The position numbers and the translations under genes were made by a program. From Macrostomum lignano (lineage: Eukaryota), in assembly GCA_002269645.1 (NCBI GenBank), contig NIVC01000137.1, forward strand, positions 186,001-250,000: a DNA stretch of 64,000 nt. Direction: 5' to 3'. Under the pieces are notes generated by a model, which did no database searches, had not been told where the DNA came from, and saw only the letters and a list, made by a program, of their open reading frames with translations. Shown piece after piece: positions 1 through 13,430 of the stretch. Position 1 is the stretch's first letter. Each line of letters begins with the position of its first letter.

Positions 1-65
1 CCTGATTGCACCTGAGCACTCACCTGTGACATCACGGATCATATATCGCTTGTTAGCTTTGAATA

Positions 66-800
<735 letters not shown>

Positions 801-828
801 ACACCGACAGCCGCCCACCCCATTCCAG

Positions 829-3800
829 AGACGCCGCTAACCACAGCCGTGTCGCTGCCGAAGCCGCGGACGATGATCATGGCTCTGTGCGCTGGCGGGG
901 CTCATCTGGACTTTCGCGAGTCCAAGGAGGCCATGACGCCGCTGCACAAGGCCGCCATCTACGGCAATTTGGAGGCCATCATTGTGAGTGAAGTTGAGCC
1001 TCAGTTGCGCTTCCGGGATTTCCTCCATTTACATGTATTGGAATCCGATAGTGAAGTTAATAATCTTCGCCATTGCCAACCCCCCAACAGACCCTGCTGG
1101 ATCTTGGCCAGTCGCCAAACTGCGTGGATCCCCGCGGGCTCACTCCGCTGTACTACACGACGGTGCGCGACACCAGAGCCAACTGCGCGGAGCGACTGCT
1201 CTACGATCACAGCATTCTGGGCGTCTGCGATGACCAGGGATTGCAGGAGATTCACCAGGTAACCAGGCACTGATAATTTGTTTTAATGCTAACAGTAATG
1301 CCCATAATTATTATAACAAATATTTTTTCATCTTTTTTTCTTCGCAACTATTAAGGCTTGCAAGTTCGGTCGACTCCAGCATCTTCAGTGCCTCATCAAT
1401 TATGGCGCCGATTTGAATGCCACAACGAAGAATGGCAACACGCCGCTGCACATCTGCGGCTTTATGAATCAGGTGAGGGGGGGCAGTTTAACAAATGGTG
1501 GATTCAATCTTCGAACTATAAATTATTCAATTATTCAAACTACAATTTTATAATTACTATAATTACTATAATTACTATAATTACTATAATTACTATAATT
1601 ACTATAATTACTATAATTACTATAATTACTATAATTACTATAATTACTATAATTACTATAATTACTATAATTACTATAATTACTATAATTACTATAATTA
1701 CTATAACTACTATAATTACTATAATTACTATAATTACTATAGTTACTATAATTACTATAATTACTATAATTACTATAATTACTATAATTACTATAATTAC
1801 TATAACTACTATAATTACTATAATTACTATAATTACTATAATTACTATAGTTACTATAATTACTATAATTACTAAAATTACTATAATTACTATAATTACT
1901 ATAATTACTATAATTACTATAATTACTATAATTACTATAATTACTATAATTACTATAATTACTATAATTACTATAATTACTATAATTACTATAATTACTA
2001 TAACTACTATTATCACCCCAGACGGAGTGCGCCAAGCTGCTGCTGTTCAGAGGCGCGGACAGGGCGCGGCCGAACCAGCAGGACCAGACAGCCTATCAAG
2101 TCGCCGTGGTCGCCTGCCACGAAGCCGTCGCCGAAGTCATTCGCGACTTCAATGACGACGAGGCCCGTCCGATACGCGACGCGCCGAAGTTCAACACCGG
2201 CCGACGGTCGAGCATCCCGACGCTGCGCAACCAGCGCTGGGGCTCCATGAGCAATCTGGGCGGCGGACTGGACGGTCAGGGCGGAGCTCAGACCCAGATG
2301 ATGATGCGCCGGATGCAGCTGGGCCAGTCCTCGGTGCCGGCCACCCTGGGAGCGGCCGCGTCCGAGTCAGTCGGTTGCCTCGTGTCGGCCGCCAACGCTG
2401 AAGGGGCCAGCTTCGGCCTGGGACTGCCCCGGCGGGGCCTTGGTGAGCTGGGCTGACTTCGAAATCTGACTTTGAATGTCAGCTGTGTCTGAACTGAATG
2501 TCAGCTGTGTCTGAACTGACTGTCAGCTGTGTCTGAATTGAATGTCAGCTGTGTCTGAATTGAATGTCAGCTGTGTCTGAATTGAATGTCAGCTGTGTCT
2601 CAACTGAATGTCAGCTGTGTCTGAACTGAATGTCAGCTGTGTCTGAACTGAATGTCAGCTGTGTCTGAACTGACTGTCAGCTGTGTCTGAATTGAATGTC
2701 AGCTGTGTCTGAACTGAATGTCAGCTGTGTCTGAACTGAATGTCAGCTGTGTCTGAACTGAATGTCAGATTGTGTCTCGGTAGCCAGGGCTACTGAGAAA
2801 GTTTTTGCAACTCTGTAGGATTTGTGCATTAAGGCTTTCTATAGCATACAGGTGAACTCCATGGCGTTCCCTTCCTAACGCTTGAACTGCATGCAGTCTG
2901 GCCTCTCAGCTCCACGCCTGCCCCGCGTGCAAACTGCAGATTCTGTCTGCATCAGATTAATTATCAATCATAGTCCAAGATCCATTAGTATTGACATTAA
3001 AATCTGTGAAATTTCTTAACTATAGGGTAAAAAATTATAAATTTGTATAGCAAAAACATTACGGGCCAAACTGAACTCAAGGCAAACGATGAGTCATGCG
3101 CGTATTTTAAAAACGCCCTAAGCTCATACATGTTAGCAGCTACTCAGGGTCCACGGTGAGTTTTCAATCTCTCTCTCCCCCTCTCTCCCTGGCTGTCGCA
3201 TACCTCTCTGTGTGCTGCTTGCTCTTTTCCCGCACTGCGGGTCTCATGTGTTGCCAGCAGCGGCTAGCATATCGCATGCCTACAACTGCAGACGTCGAGG
3301 GGTACCCTCTGAGTATACCTCACTTCCATTCATTATTATTGTATGGCATGGCAGTTTCTGAGTCAGTTTTTGTCTGCTTTTGTGTTTCTGCTTTTTAAAA
3401 GCAAAATAAGAGGAGCAAAGCAGAGAATGTAACCTGAATAGTTTATTTAAGGCTAGAAGGTAGCACTGTGCATTGTTGGGTTCTGCGTCTGATAGATTGT
3501 GTAAAGAATGAAAAAGATGACTAAGCTGTTATTTACAGTGCTGCAGAGTTGCCAGGGAGTCACTGGGACAAGAAGAGCATGAGGAACAGGTATTCCAGGT
3601 AGCTCAATAATTAAGAAACAGGCATTCCAGGTAGCTCAATAATTAGGGCACACAGGTATTCCAGGTAACTCAACAATTAAGAAACAGGCATTCCAGGTAG
3701 CTCGATAATTAGGGAACAGGTATTCCAGGTAGCTCAATAATTAGGGAACAGGTATTCCATGTAGCTCAATAATTAAGAAACAGGTATTCCAGGTAGCTTA

Positions 3801-6800
3801 ATAATTAGGGAACAGGTATTCCAGGTAGGTCAATAATTAGGGAACAGGTATTCCAGGTAGCTCAATAATTAGGGAACAGGTATTCCAGGTAGCTCAATAA
3901 TTAGGGAACAGGTATTCCAGGTAGCTCAATAATTAAGAAACAGGCATTCCAGGTAGCTCAATAATTAGGGCACACAGGTATTCCAGGTAACTCAACAATT
4001 AAGAAACAGGCATTCCAGGTAGCTCGATAATTAGGGCACAGGTATTCCAGGTAGCTCAATAATTAGGGAACAGGTATTCCAGGTAGCTCAATAATTAGGG
4101 AACAGGTATTCCAGGTAGCTCAATAATTAAGAAACAGGCATTCCAGGTAGCTCAATAATTAGGGCACACAGGTATTCCAGGTAACTCAACAATTAAGAAA
4201 CAGGCATTCCAGGTAGCTCAACAATTAAGAAACAGGCATTCCAGGTAGCTCAACAATTAAGAAACAGGCATTCCAGGTAGCTCAATAATTAGGGAACAGG
4301 TATTCCATGTGGCTCAATAATTAGGGAACAGGTATTCCAGGTAGCTCAACAATTAAGAAACAGGCATTCCAGGTAGCTCAATAATTAAGAAACAGGCATT
4401 CCAGGTAGCTCAATAATTAAGAAACAGGCATTCCAGGTAGCTCAATAATTAGGGAACAGGTATTCCATGTAGCTCAACAATTAAGAAACAGGTATTCCAG
4501 GTAGGTCAATAATTAGGGAACAGGTATTCCAGGTAGCTGTATAACTAGGGAACAGGTATTCCAGGTAGCTCTAAGCATGTAATTTACATATTTAGTAATT
4601 ATAGTATTAAAACATCTCTATTTAGGCGCACACATTCCTTTATATCTGATAATTAGAAGGTCTCAAGCAGGCATGAGTCACGGCTACATGTTTAGTCAGT
4701 CCAAAAGCCCATGTTTACACCGCCTTCATGCGGTGTGTGCTCTACAGTGCGCACTCAGTGCCAGTAACTGCGCTCAACAACAATTTTTACCAAGTCTGTT
4801 TCTCCTCTTCAAATTAGCAGAAACTGAATTAAATTTCTTTCTAGTTGAATTGGGTGGTGAGCTACTGTGCTGGGTCACCGACGCCCACAAATCCTTTTAG
4901 AGCCAATTTTTCAAAACCAAGATTCATTAACAAAAATGTGAGCCTTGTGAGTTGTGAGCTGTCTGCATTTTATTGGCTGTTGAATGGATGGAGGCTGCCG
5001 TGAAGGTCTATAGGAATTTCATGCAACACCCTCGCCCCAACAATGCTCACTAATTTATGCATTCATTTTACCTTCTAATTTTAGTATCTGACCAAACTTT
5101 TGTGGATAATCGACAGTCACTACTGCTGGCAGGGTGAGAGGAGTTTTATTTGCATTTTGTTTATTTCATCTGTTGGACAGGTGGCTAATAGTCATGTTAG
5201 ACAGGTGCCTAATAGTCATGTTAGACAGGTGGCTAATAGTCATGTTAGACAGGTGGCTAATAGTCATGTTAGACAGGTGGCTAATAGTCATGTTAGACAG
5301 GTGCCTAATAGTCATGTTAGACAGGTGGCTAATAGTCATGTTAGACAGGTGCCTAATAGCCATGTTAGACAGGTGCCTAATAGTCATGTTAGACAGGTGG
5401 CTAATAGCCATGTTAGACAGGTGCCTAATAGTCATGTTAGACAGATGGCTAATAGTCATGTTAGACAGGTGGCTAATAGTCATGTTAGACAGGTGCCTAA
5501 TAGCCATGTTAGACAGATGGCTAATAGTCATGTTAGACAGGTGCCTAATAGTCATGTTAGACAGGTGGCTAATAGTCATGTTAGACAGGTGGCTAATAGT
5601 CATGTTAGACAGGTGGCTAATAGTCATGTTAGACAGGTGGCTAATAGTCATGTTAGACAGATGGATAATAGTCATGTTAGACAGATGGCTAATAGTCATG
5701 TTAGACAGGTGGCTAATAGTCATGTTAGACAGGTGGCTAATAGTCATGTTAGACAGATGGCTAATAGTCATGTTAGACAGGTGCCTAATAGTCATGTTAG
5801 ACAGGTGGCTAATAGTCATGTTAGACAGGTGGCTAATAGTCATGTTAGGCAGATGGCTAATAGTCATGTTAGACAGGTGGCTAATAGTCATGTCAGACGG
5901 TCGCCTATCTGCCTGTCAAATATGCTCAACTGCATACCCATCATGTGTGCTCGAACCTTCAACAGCAGCCAGCAGCAGCTCCTGGCCGATGATCAACAGT
6001 CAGTCAGCCACTCCAACCGCACCGTGGTGCTTCAACGCGGCCCCCGCGGTTTCGGCTTCGTCCTTCGAGGCGCCAAAGCCGGTAGCAACGCGTCGCCAAC
6101 TGGAGCCGTTCCGGAGTTCCGGCCCTCGTCGGTGATTCCCGGCCTGCAGTACCTGGAAGAGGTTGAGGCGGGATCGCCCGCGTACCGGGCTGGACTCCGC
6201 AGCGGGGATTACATCCTGGCCATCAACGATACGGATGTGCGCTCCGCCAGCCACGAGACTTGCGTCCGACTCATCAAGGAGTCGCCCGGTGAGATTCTTG
6301 CCCTGCAGGTCGTCACCGTGATGAAGAAGGCGCCTGCATCGGATCGGCGCGCTTCGATGACGTCATCCCGAGTCTCTGTTGGTGAGCGAAACTGCAATTT
6401 TGTTATTTTATTCAATATTTAGATAAAAGTGCTTTTGTATCATAATGAGGACTGGATTTTCGGGTCAAAGCCGCACTATTCGTGAAATCCTCTTAGATTC
6501 TTCAATTATGAGTTTTAACTACCAGATTCTGCTGCGTGCACTACTATTCTGCTAGACGGCAGTGGGGCAGGACTACCACACTGCCGTCCCAGATCCTCAG
6601 TTGCTGGGCCAGCCTCACAAATCCTCAGTTGCTGGGCCAGCCTCCCAGATCCTCAGTTGCTGGGCCAGCCTCCCAGATCCTCAGTTGCTGGGCCAGCCTC
6701 CCAGATCCTCAGTTGCTGGGCCAGCCTCCTCCCAGATCCTCAGTTGCTGGGCCAGCCTCCCAGATCCTCAGTTGCTGGGCCAGCCTCCCAGATCCTTAGT

Positions 6801-8607
6801 TGTTGTGTCAGCCTCCCAGATCCTCAGTTGCTGGGCCAGCCTCACAAATCCTCAGTTGCTGGGCCAGCCTCCTAGATCTTCAGTTGCTGGGCCAGCCTCA
6901 CAAATCCTCAGTTGCTGGGCCAGCCTTCCAGATCCTCAGTTGCTGGGCCAGCCTCCCAGATCCTTAGTTGTTGTGTCAGCCTCCCAGATCCTCAGTTGCT
7001 GGGCCAGCCTCACAAATCCTCAGTTGCTGGGCCAGCCTCCCAGATCCTCAGTTGCTGGGCCAGCCTCCCAGATCCTCAGTTGCAGGACCACCAGCCTCCC
7101 AGATCTTCAGTTGCAGGACCACCAGCCTCCCAGATCTTCAGTTGCTGTGCCAGTCTCCCATGCAGAATCCCCAGTTGCTGTGCCAGTCTCCCATGCAGAA
7201 TCCCCAGTTGCTGTGCTAGTCTCCCATGCAGAATCCCCAGTTGCTGTGCCAGTCTCCCATGCAGAATCCCCAGTTGCTGTGCCAGTCTCCCATGCAGAAT
7301 CCCCAGTTGCTGTGCCAGTCTCCCATGCAGAATCCCCAGTTGCTGTGCCAGTCTCCCATGCAGAATCCCCAGTTGCTGTGCCAGTCTCCCATGCAGAATC
7401 CCCAGTTGCTGGACCAGCCTTAGACTAGATTAGATTTCTAGCACAAAGTACGAGTATTTGGAGTGCTCTAACCAAGAAATGCATTACACGCTATCAATTT
7501 CTCTAAATGTCTGTTTCTTTGCTTTTAGCGTCCCATTCAAATTTCCCTACAGAAAAGGTAAACCCACGCGAGAAATCAAGGCTATGGGCTTACATTATTA
7601 TGTGTTGGCTGCACTTGGCTGCTATACCCGTGCATCTCTCCCATGTACGGAACATGAAGAGGGTCTTAGCTAATAAGATATGCACTGTCTCCTGAATTAC
7701 TGATCTTACGTAAGCAGAAGACCTCGCACGTGACTGCACAGACCCAACAACGCATACATATATTCAATACAAGCCGCTGCTAATGTCCTCGACTTTTGTT
7801 TGTTTTGGTTGCTAAGATCTTTGCATGCCGATGATTATTTTACAAAACTCACCAGATGTCTCAACTGAATTGCAAAACCGTTCTCTAATTTGCTCACCTG
7901 CAGACCAACCTGATCAGGACGCCGTATCGCTAAGCGGCTCCTCGACGACCGACGCGCAATCGCAGAGCGGCGGCGGCGTCAACTTGCCCTACCGACTGGC
8001 CACAGTGCACAGCCCCAAGACCCTAACCCAGCAGCAGCAGCAGCAGGTCCAGCCCTCACCTCCCAACCATCAGCCGCCGTCGATCTCGGCAGCTCCGAAA
8101 ATCTACGAAGATGAAGCCGACATTCGCAGGAAGCTGCACCAGAATTTGTCTGGCACCGGCGGCAACGCTACGTCCGGCTCTACCGGCACTGCAGCCGCGA
8201 GTTCGTCCAGCGTCCGAGGAGTGTCCAGCTTCTTTAACTCTTCTTCATCTGGCCAGCAGCAAACAGCTCTGAAACCGGCCGCTCCGCCGCCACCAACTCG
8301 GGCGGTGCCGATCGCTTCGGCAGCTGCCGCGGCGGCCACCGCAGTTGGAGGAGCATCAACGGCTGCAGCTGGCCGGAAGTCGCCCCCGCCGCCACCGCCG
8401 CCACCACCGCCATCAGCGCAGCAGTCGCAGCCATCAGCGGTCACGACGGCTTCCTTGCAAGCCAGTCCGCCACTGCCTCCACCGCCTGCAGTCGAAGCTG
8501 TCACCAACAACGGCAACGACGACAACGGCAGCGTCAGCTCCGAGGATCTGACGCCAGAGTGGTCTTCGACCATTCCTCAGTCGTCAGCGCCTCAGCCACC
8601 GCCACCT

Positions 8608-8638
<31 letters not shown>

Positions 8639-9240
8639 CTCCGCCAGCTTCTCAGCCAACTCTGCCGCAGATCCGAAAGCCGTCAGCCTCTCCCTCAGTA
8701 TCTTCAGCAGCGTCGGCAGCTTCATCAGCAGCAGCTACGCCCGAGAACAGTCACGAACGCGAACTGAAAGCGCAAATCGAGCAGCGACGCAAACGACTCG
8801 AATCCGGACTGAATCCGACCGATCAGGTGCGGGACCAGCTCAGCAGAAAGTCGGGCGGATCATCTGTGCTGGTGGCGCCGCCGCCAACGCAGCCGCAGCA
8901 GCAGCCGCCGCCGCCACCAGCAAAGCCGAAGCCTCAACCGCCGGCCTCCGCTGCAGGAGTGGCGCTTCGCCGTCCTCTACTGAACGGCAGTCCCGCCGCT
9001 GCCGCTGTCGCCGCCGAAGCAGAGCAGTCGGCTCGGCCGGAGTCGTTTAAAACAAAAGCCGAAGAGTTGAGACTGGCTATTCTCAAGCAGAAACAGCTGC
9101 AGCAGCAGAAGCAGCAACAGTCGCCGCCACCACCAGAAAATTTTCGCGACGACACAGCGGCCTCCACGCAGCAGCAGCCTCGCAGGGGCTTCTTCATCGG
9201 GTCGAATTCATCTGGCGAAGTTGTAAAGCGGCCCGTTTAA
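829..9240 (+). CDS. SHANK: SHANK-family scaffold protein (ankyrin repeats, PDZ, proline-rich tail); 5' exons outside the window
   Basis: Phase-compatible exons 829-983, 1091-1258, 1356-1472, 2022-2442, (tentative 3547-3589), 5966-6381, 7904-9240. Translation gives SHANK-type ankyrins (ETPLT..GGAHLDFR..TLLDLGQSPNCVDPRGLTPLY..LQEIHQACKFG..GNTPLHIC..LLLFRGAD) and the SHANK PDZ (RTVVLQRGPRGFGFVLRGAK..LQYLEEVEAGSPAYRAGLRSGDYILAIN). Confidence 0.9.
1550..2010. repeat. 9-bp tandem repeat (ATAATTACT)n in a SHANK intron
   Basis: Directly visible; fills intron 1473-2021 almost to the acceptor. Confidence 0.95.
2472..2768. repeat. 22-bp minisatellite TGAATGTCAGCTGTGTCTGAAC
   Basis: Directly visible, starting about 30 nt after the donor at 2443. 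Confidence 0.95.
3583..4570. repeat. 32-bp minisatellite GGGAACAGGTATTCCAGGTAGCTCAATAATTA
   Basis: About 30 copies, directly visible. Confidence 0.95.
5175..5895. repeat. 24-bp minisatellite GACAGGTGGCTAATAGTCATGTTA
   Basis: About 30 copies; accounts for the repetitive ORFs at 5100-6422, 5134-6135 and 5166-5891. Confidence 0.95.
6587..7420 (+). repeat. 28-bp minisatellite GTTGCTGGGCCAGCCTCCCAGATCCTCA grading into a related 30-bp unit
   Basis: 28-mer about 6587-7130, then GTTGCTGTGCCAGTCTCCCATGCAGAATCCCCA-type units to about 7415; in the last SHANK intron. Confidence 0.95.
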
Positions 9241-11599
9241 GTTTCGTTTTAAATTTGCTTTTTTCAAAAAACACTGGCTGTTTTTTATCATGGAAATGCA
9301 AACCTACGTCGGTTTTTTTGTATTTGTCCTCTCTGCTGCTTTTAGCCGGCTCAATTTTTGATTTGATTGGCGTTGCTTTATTTGCTTATTTATATACGTC
9401 GTACGAGCTATTTAAATAATTCGCTTCGCTAAGTAGCTCTTTTGTTTCATTGCCAATTGTTTATTGTCTGGCCTCGGCCGGCGCTAACTGTTAACAGAAT
9501 ATTTCAACTCGTTTAAAAATCTTTTCCGGGTTTCATACAATTGTGTACTTTTCCTTCGAGATTGTTTTGTTTTAATTTACATTGCAGCTTTTCGACTTTT
9601 ATTTCAAACAAGGATTTGGCTAGAGCAGTGCTATATGCAGGTGAAGGAAATGTCAGTTAATCGCTTTCATTGAGCATTGTTGAAATAAGTTTATAGGTAA
9701 TTTTAAATGCTTTATTCTCATTTTGTTACCTTTTATGCTCGTAGCTAAAAGTAACCAAGGTCACTCAATGATGCCTTTTGAATATCTAAATTAAAATTTC
9801 AGCTATTTATGTAGCAATTTCTCTTTAAGAACTCTTTCACCGCTGAATTGCTGTGCCCAATTTTAATTCGACATCATTCCAATTCCAATAACAGATATTA
9901 AAGCGCCCCGCCAAACTTAGTTGTTTAGTTGTTTACTAAGCAACTCTCAGTGCCACCCACAAAAATATTTACTCAAAATCGGGATATTTTATCTATGCCT
10001 GCAGTTAATGCCTTAATTCAGCAATAAAGAGCTGAATTTGTTATGTTAAATTAAAGTTGATATTTTTATCCAAAAGTATTTTGTGATGAACTCTTCAAAC
10101 GCAAACATTCCCAGCTATACTCTTCCGTAGAGTTCAAAACTTAAATTTATTTTTAGTTTTTTAACTACCCTACTCTCAGAATTATTTGCGACTGTGATAC
10201 AGATTCTTTGATTAACTTTTTTGCTTAAATAGAAATTAGTAATTACTTCGTTACTGATTACTAAAGCCGGAAGATTTCACGCTTGAGCATATCGACAGTT
10301 TGTTCTCTGTTGTGTATTTTTTCTAACAGGCGTTAACTTTTCAGAAAGATCCAGATTCAAGCGTGAGTGTAAGCTCATTTTTTTCAGACAATTCAAATTT
10401 AAACAAACTTTGTGTAATATAAAATCTGCATCGATGTGACGTTAAAAAATCTAATTTTACTTGTAAAATCCTGAAACGACTCCGTATTATAACTGTGATT
10501 AATGTTTTTGGCTGATAATGAAAATACAACTATTTTATATTATGTATGCCTATTAAAATAGCAGTCCGCGCACACTGTAATCTGTACTTCTACAAACTGA
10601 TTTTGTCGATCTGCTTGATTTGAAACAGGTTTTTTATGAAAAATAACTCGATAACAATTGCGCTCAAAACTCCATTTCACGTCATTGTATTTTTTTGACG
10701 CGATCATAACATCTCTACGCTTCATATACAACCAACGATATGGCTGTGAGTAGTAGCTAATGCTTAGTGTATTTTACAGTACATAGCTTTTTTGTCAGCT
10801 TGCGTGTTCGTCTCCGTCAAATGCTTTTTGCTTCGTGTACTTTTTCAGATTGTCTGATTGCGCGCGTTATAATATATAGTGTATCAGCTATCATATATGT
10901 GATATTACATATTATCTGCATGCGGTACATTGCCTACAGCTAGTAGTTACTAGCACTTCCGCACATAACCTCGTATATTTGCTACCAGGTAGTTTGCAGT
11001 GCATATGCAGTGCATCAATTATATAGGTAATTTCTAGCTCTGCTCATCCATGGCAAGGAATGCTTTCATTTCGCTTGAAAATACAAACAATAAAACTTTT
11101 CATGTCGCTTTATATATACATGTGCATGTGCATGTATTACGCTTTTGTGTGTGATCATGTTACCCTTCCTGTTGTAGTTGTTACTGTACTGCTTTAACAA
11201 GTTTGATATTGATATTGATGCATGTACAAATTTGTATGTTTAGACATCTGCAGCTCGATCAGACAGATATCTACATGTATAATAATGGCAGAAGTTACAT
11301 GTAGAGCATGAAAGCTCTTAGCTATCGTGCATGTGATATCCTGGAAGATTATGCGCGACCTTTGGTTAATAATTTACATTCACATTATCCAAACTGCAAG
11401 GACAAGGTGACTTAGACATAAAGATGTCTTGGTGTTTCTAGACATCATAAAATTTATTTGAAGAGGTGCTGTAGGATTTGTGACTTACGGTCCAAATAAT
11501 CGTCAGTGTTTTTAAATATTGGCCTCAAAATATATGTCTCAGCCGCAGCTATTGCGCGGCGCATCTGAAGGCTGCGTACGGCAGTTCAGTCCAAGGACC

Positions 11600-11745
11600 G
11601 GAAGGTCGCCACACACCCCCATTTACCCCAGCTAATGCTGGCACCCATTTTACAGTTGGGTGAACTGAAGCAATGCAGAGTTTTAAGCGTCTTGCTCAAG
11701 GACACTAATTGCTCCTAGTGAGTCGAGAATCGAACCCCGACTCTA
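11600..11745 (-). mobile_element. tRNA-derived SINE-like fragment
   Basis: GAATCGAACCCC at about 11727-11738 is a reverse B-box (GGGGTTCGATTC). The adjacent CCCATTTTACAGTTGGGTGAACTGAAGCAA..GTCTTGCTCAAGGACAC resembles, from recall, the conserved central domain of widespread metazoan SINEs. Confidence 0.5.
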
Positions 11746-12018
11746 ATCACAAGGCTACAACCCATTTTTTTCAGGGAAGCCTTGGAATGCAGTCGATGTT
11801 GCTTTGTCAAACCGCTCGGAGGCATGAGGAGAATCATCTGGGCAAAGTCATCTTCTTACCGCATACAAACTTTACTGGAGTTTTACTAGTCACAGTTGGG
11901 AACTGCCTCCCAAACTATAGGGAATTTGACAGGAAAGAAGAAAGAAAAAGGAAGACAACGGAAGACTTGCTGGGATGCAACAATGGCAGGATTTTTGGTC
12001 TCTACTGGATAGAAGTTG

Positions 12019-12814
12019 ATGCGATCGATGATGCTGCAAACGGAAAAAGCATTGTTTTTTGCTAGGAAGTTGCTTCGACCGACGCAATACAGGAAACACA
12101 GACGCCTAGCGAGAAGGCTTCTTAAACAATTCTGTGCTCTGCTGTCGTGCCCTTCTCCATTCTACCTCGAGGCGGGCAAGTGCGTGTTCGTCAACACAGC
12201 GCACAGCTACACATGGTGCGAGGCCAACCGAATCTGTGCCTCCATAGGCGGTGAGTTGGTCAACTCGTACGAGTCCGTGAAGCTGGTGGTTCTTCAAAAC
12301 ATTTCAAGTGTTAACCGCGAATGCCAGTTGTGGGTCGGACTGAGCGACCTGGCAGATGAGAAAGGCACTAGCAGGGCTGGCTGGCATAGAATAAATGGCA
12401 AAGGCCTGCTTCCGGTAGACCAAATTTTGTTCTATCCAGGCGAGCCAAGTGGGGACAACTGCCTACGCAGCTTAAAAGATACTCCGTATAGGCCTGGCTG
12501 ACGGATCTTGCAACTCTCGCTTCGGTTTTGTCTGCGAGTTTTCTAACGAGCCGACTACATGGACATCGACTTCTGGCTTTTGGATGCGTGATAATTTCAA
12601 GCGCATGCAGTACAACTCCGATTACTGCTTCACCAGCGTGACAGACCTGAGCAGCGCTGTCGAGTGCACAGCGGCCGCCATGCGAAATGGAAACTGCAGA
12701 CACGTGCTGTACAACAGCAAGCTGAGAGCCTGCCGCCTGCTGCTGTTCACCGACGCTCAGGTGGAGGCTGAGATCGAGACGAGCGCCGACTGGGTCAAGT
12801 ACCGACTCAAATGA
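12019..12814 (+). pseudogene. C-type lectin + PAN/Apple-like gene, frameshifted copy
   Basis: CTLD (CPSPFYLEAGKC..WCEANRIC..LWVGLSD..GEPSGDNCL) is paralogous to 13431-14153. One extra base near 12493 gives TGA at 12499-12501; the other frame resumes LADGSCNSRFGFVCEF and runs to 12814. No clear signal peptide, and the start is uncertain. A sequencing indel cannot be excluded. Confidence 0.7.
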
Positions 12815-13430
12815 ATTGAAGAAACTTTTGACAGTGCAAGAAATCGATTTGGAATGGTCCTCTAACACAGAAACAAGCTTTCCGTTAAGATTAATAAAAC
12901 ACAAGCTCTGTGGTTCGGTCATTCTCTGGCATTCGATCAAGCAAATTAAACGAACTGTGTTATCGTCTGAGTCATTTAACAGGGCCCGTTTGTTCTGTTG
13001 AGCTGTATGACTGATTTTTCTGTTCTCATGGCCAACTGGCTGAGTTTCATGAGCCCATTGTGCTACAAAAGACATTTTAGACTTCGAGGCTTGTCAAGGT
13101 CTTTTTTCTAATGATGAGGCGCCTAATTTAAGCCGAGTCTCGTGTAAAAGTATCGCAGCAGATGAGAGTTCTCCCAAGAAGAGGAGAACTGGAAATCAAA
13201 CCAGACACAACCTCTGCAAATACCACAATTGCCATTCATGTTTAAGGGGCTTCCAACATATGAAAAACTCCACCATGCGCATGCTGAACTTTCTTTTTTA
13301 CCTGTCTAATTAGCTGGTTAGGAATTTCGCCCCGGAATTCTGCGCGTATAAAGCGACAGACAAAAATGCGATTAGCGCCAGGCTGCTCAGCCTCTTGCAG
13401 AATCGTTGAAAATTTTGGCTTGTCAAGCAA

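Noticed and set aside
3583-7420. Regular repeat arrays as CRISPR
   Set aside because: No unique spacers, no cas genes, and the context is eukaryotic introns.
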